A stretch of 64,000 nt of DNA from NCBI RefSeq assembly GCF_000497125.1, contig NC_090603.1:372001-436000 (forward strand), written 5' to 3'. Both the position numbers and the translations under genes were made by a program. The stretch's first letter is position 1, and the number at the start of each line of letters is the position of its first letter. This DNA is from Spironucleus salmonicida. Lineage: Eukaryota. Below, piece after piece: positions 63,829-64,000 of this stretch. A model generated the notes under the pieces. That model did not search any database. It was not told the DNA's origin and saw nothing but the letters and a program-made list of their open reading frames with translations.

Positions 63829-64000
63829 TCACTCGCCGAGCCGCGTCTACTGGTTCTCCAGCTCCAGGATCTTGAAGAAGTCCAGCTCCGACAGCGAGAC
63901 GATGCACTGCTTGATGTTGTAGACCTGGCTGCTCTGCTTGATCTCCGCCACGGTGATCACCCGCTTGAGGTAGCGGACGAAGCGCACCACCAGCGCCTCC
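63829..64000 (-). CDS. hypothetical protein, 5' partial
   Basis: ...EALVVRFVRYLKRVITVAEIKQSSQVYNIKQCIVSLSELDFFKILELENQQTRLGE*; ends GAG-TGA, 3 bp from the convergent stop. Confidence 0.75.

Overview
This is gene-dense, apparently intron-free eukaryotic DNA that uses the alternative nuclear code (TAA/TAG = Gln, TGA the only stop). The supplied standard-code ORFs are therefore fragments of longer genes, which I re-translated by hand. The code, the cysteine-rich membrane proteins with [KR][KR]S[KR][KR] tails, stops embedded in AGTGA and C-rich upstream motifs together point to a hexamitin diplomonad, most like Spironucleus salmonicida (inference). The window holds about 45 CDS. These include four CRMPs, two Myb proteins, a GST-fold protein, a METTL25-like methyltransferase, a GNAT, a pseudokinase, WD40/NHL/ankyrin proteins, TAP42, Notchless, a prefoldin alpha, an Arc1/EMAP-like tRNA-binding protein, a CCDC81-like protein and small bacterial-like proteins. 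It also holds one tRNA-Thr(AGT), a recent ~845 bp duplication and a ~1.13 kb (ATATG)n satellite. The standout is a 725-aa purine nucleoside phosphorylase built from three tandem PNP-like domains. Only domain 1 keeps the catalytic motifs, and only domain 3 keeps the loop that completes a neighbouring active site in trimeric PNPs, making it a candidate single-chain pseudo-trimer. All family assignments are from motif recognition, not database searches.
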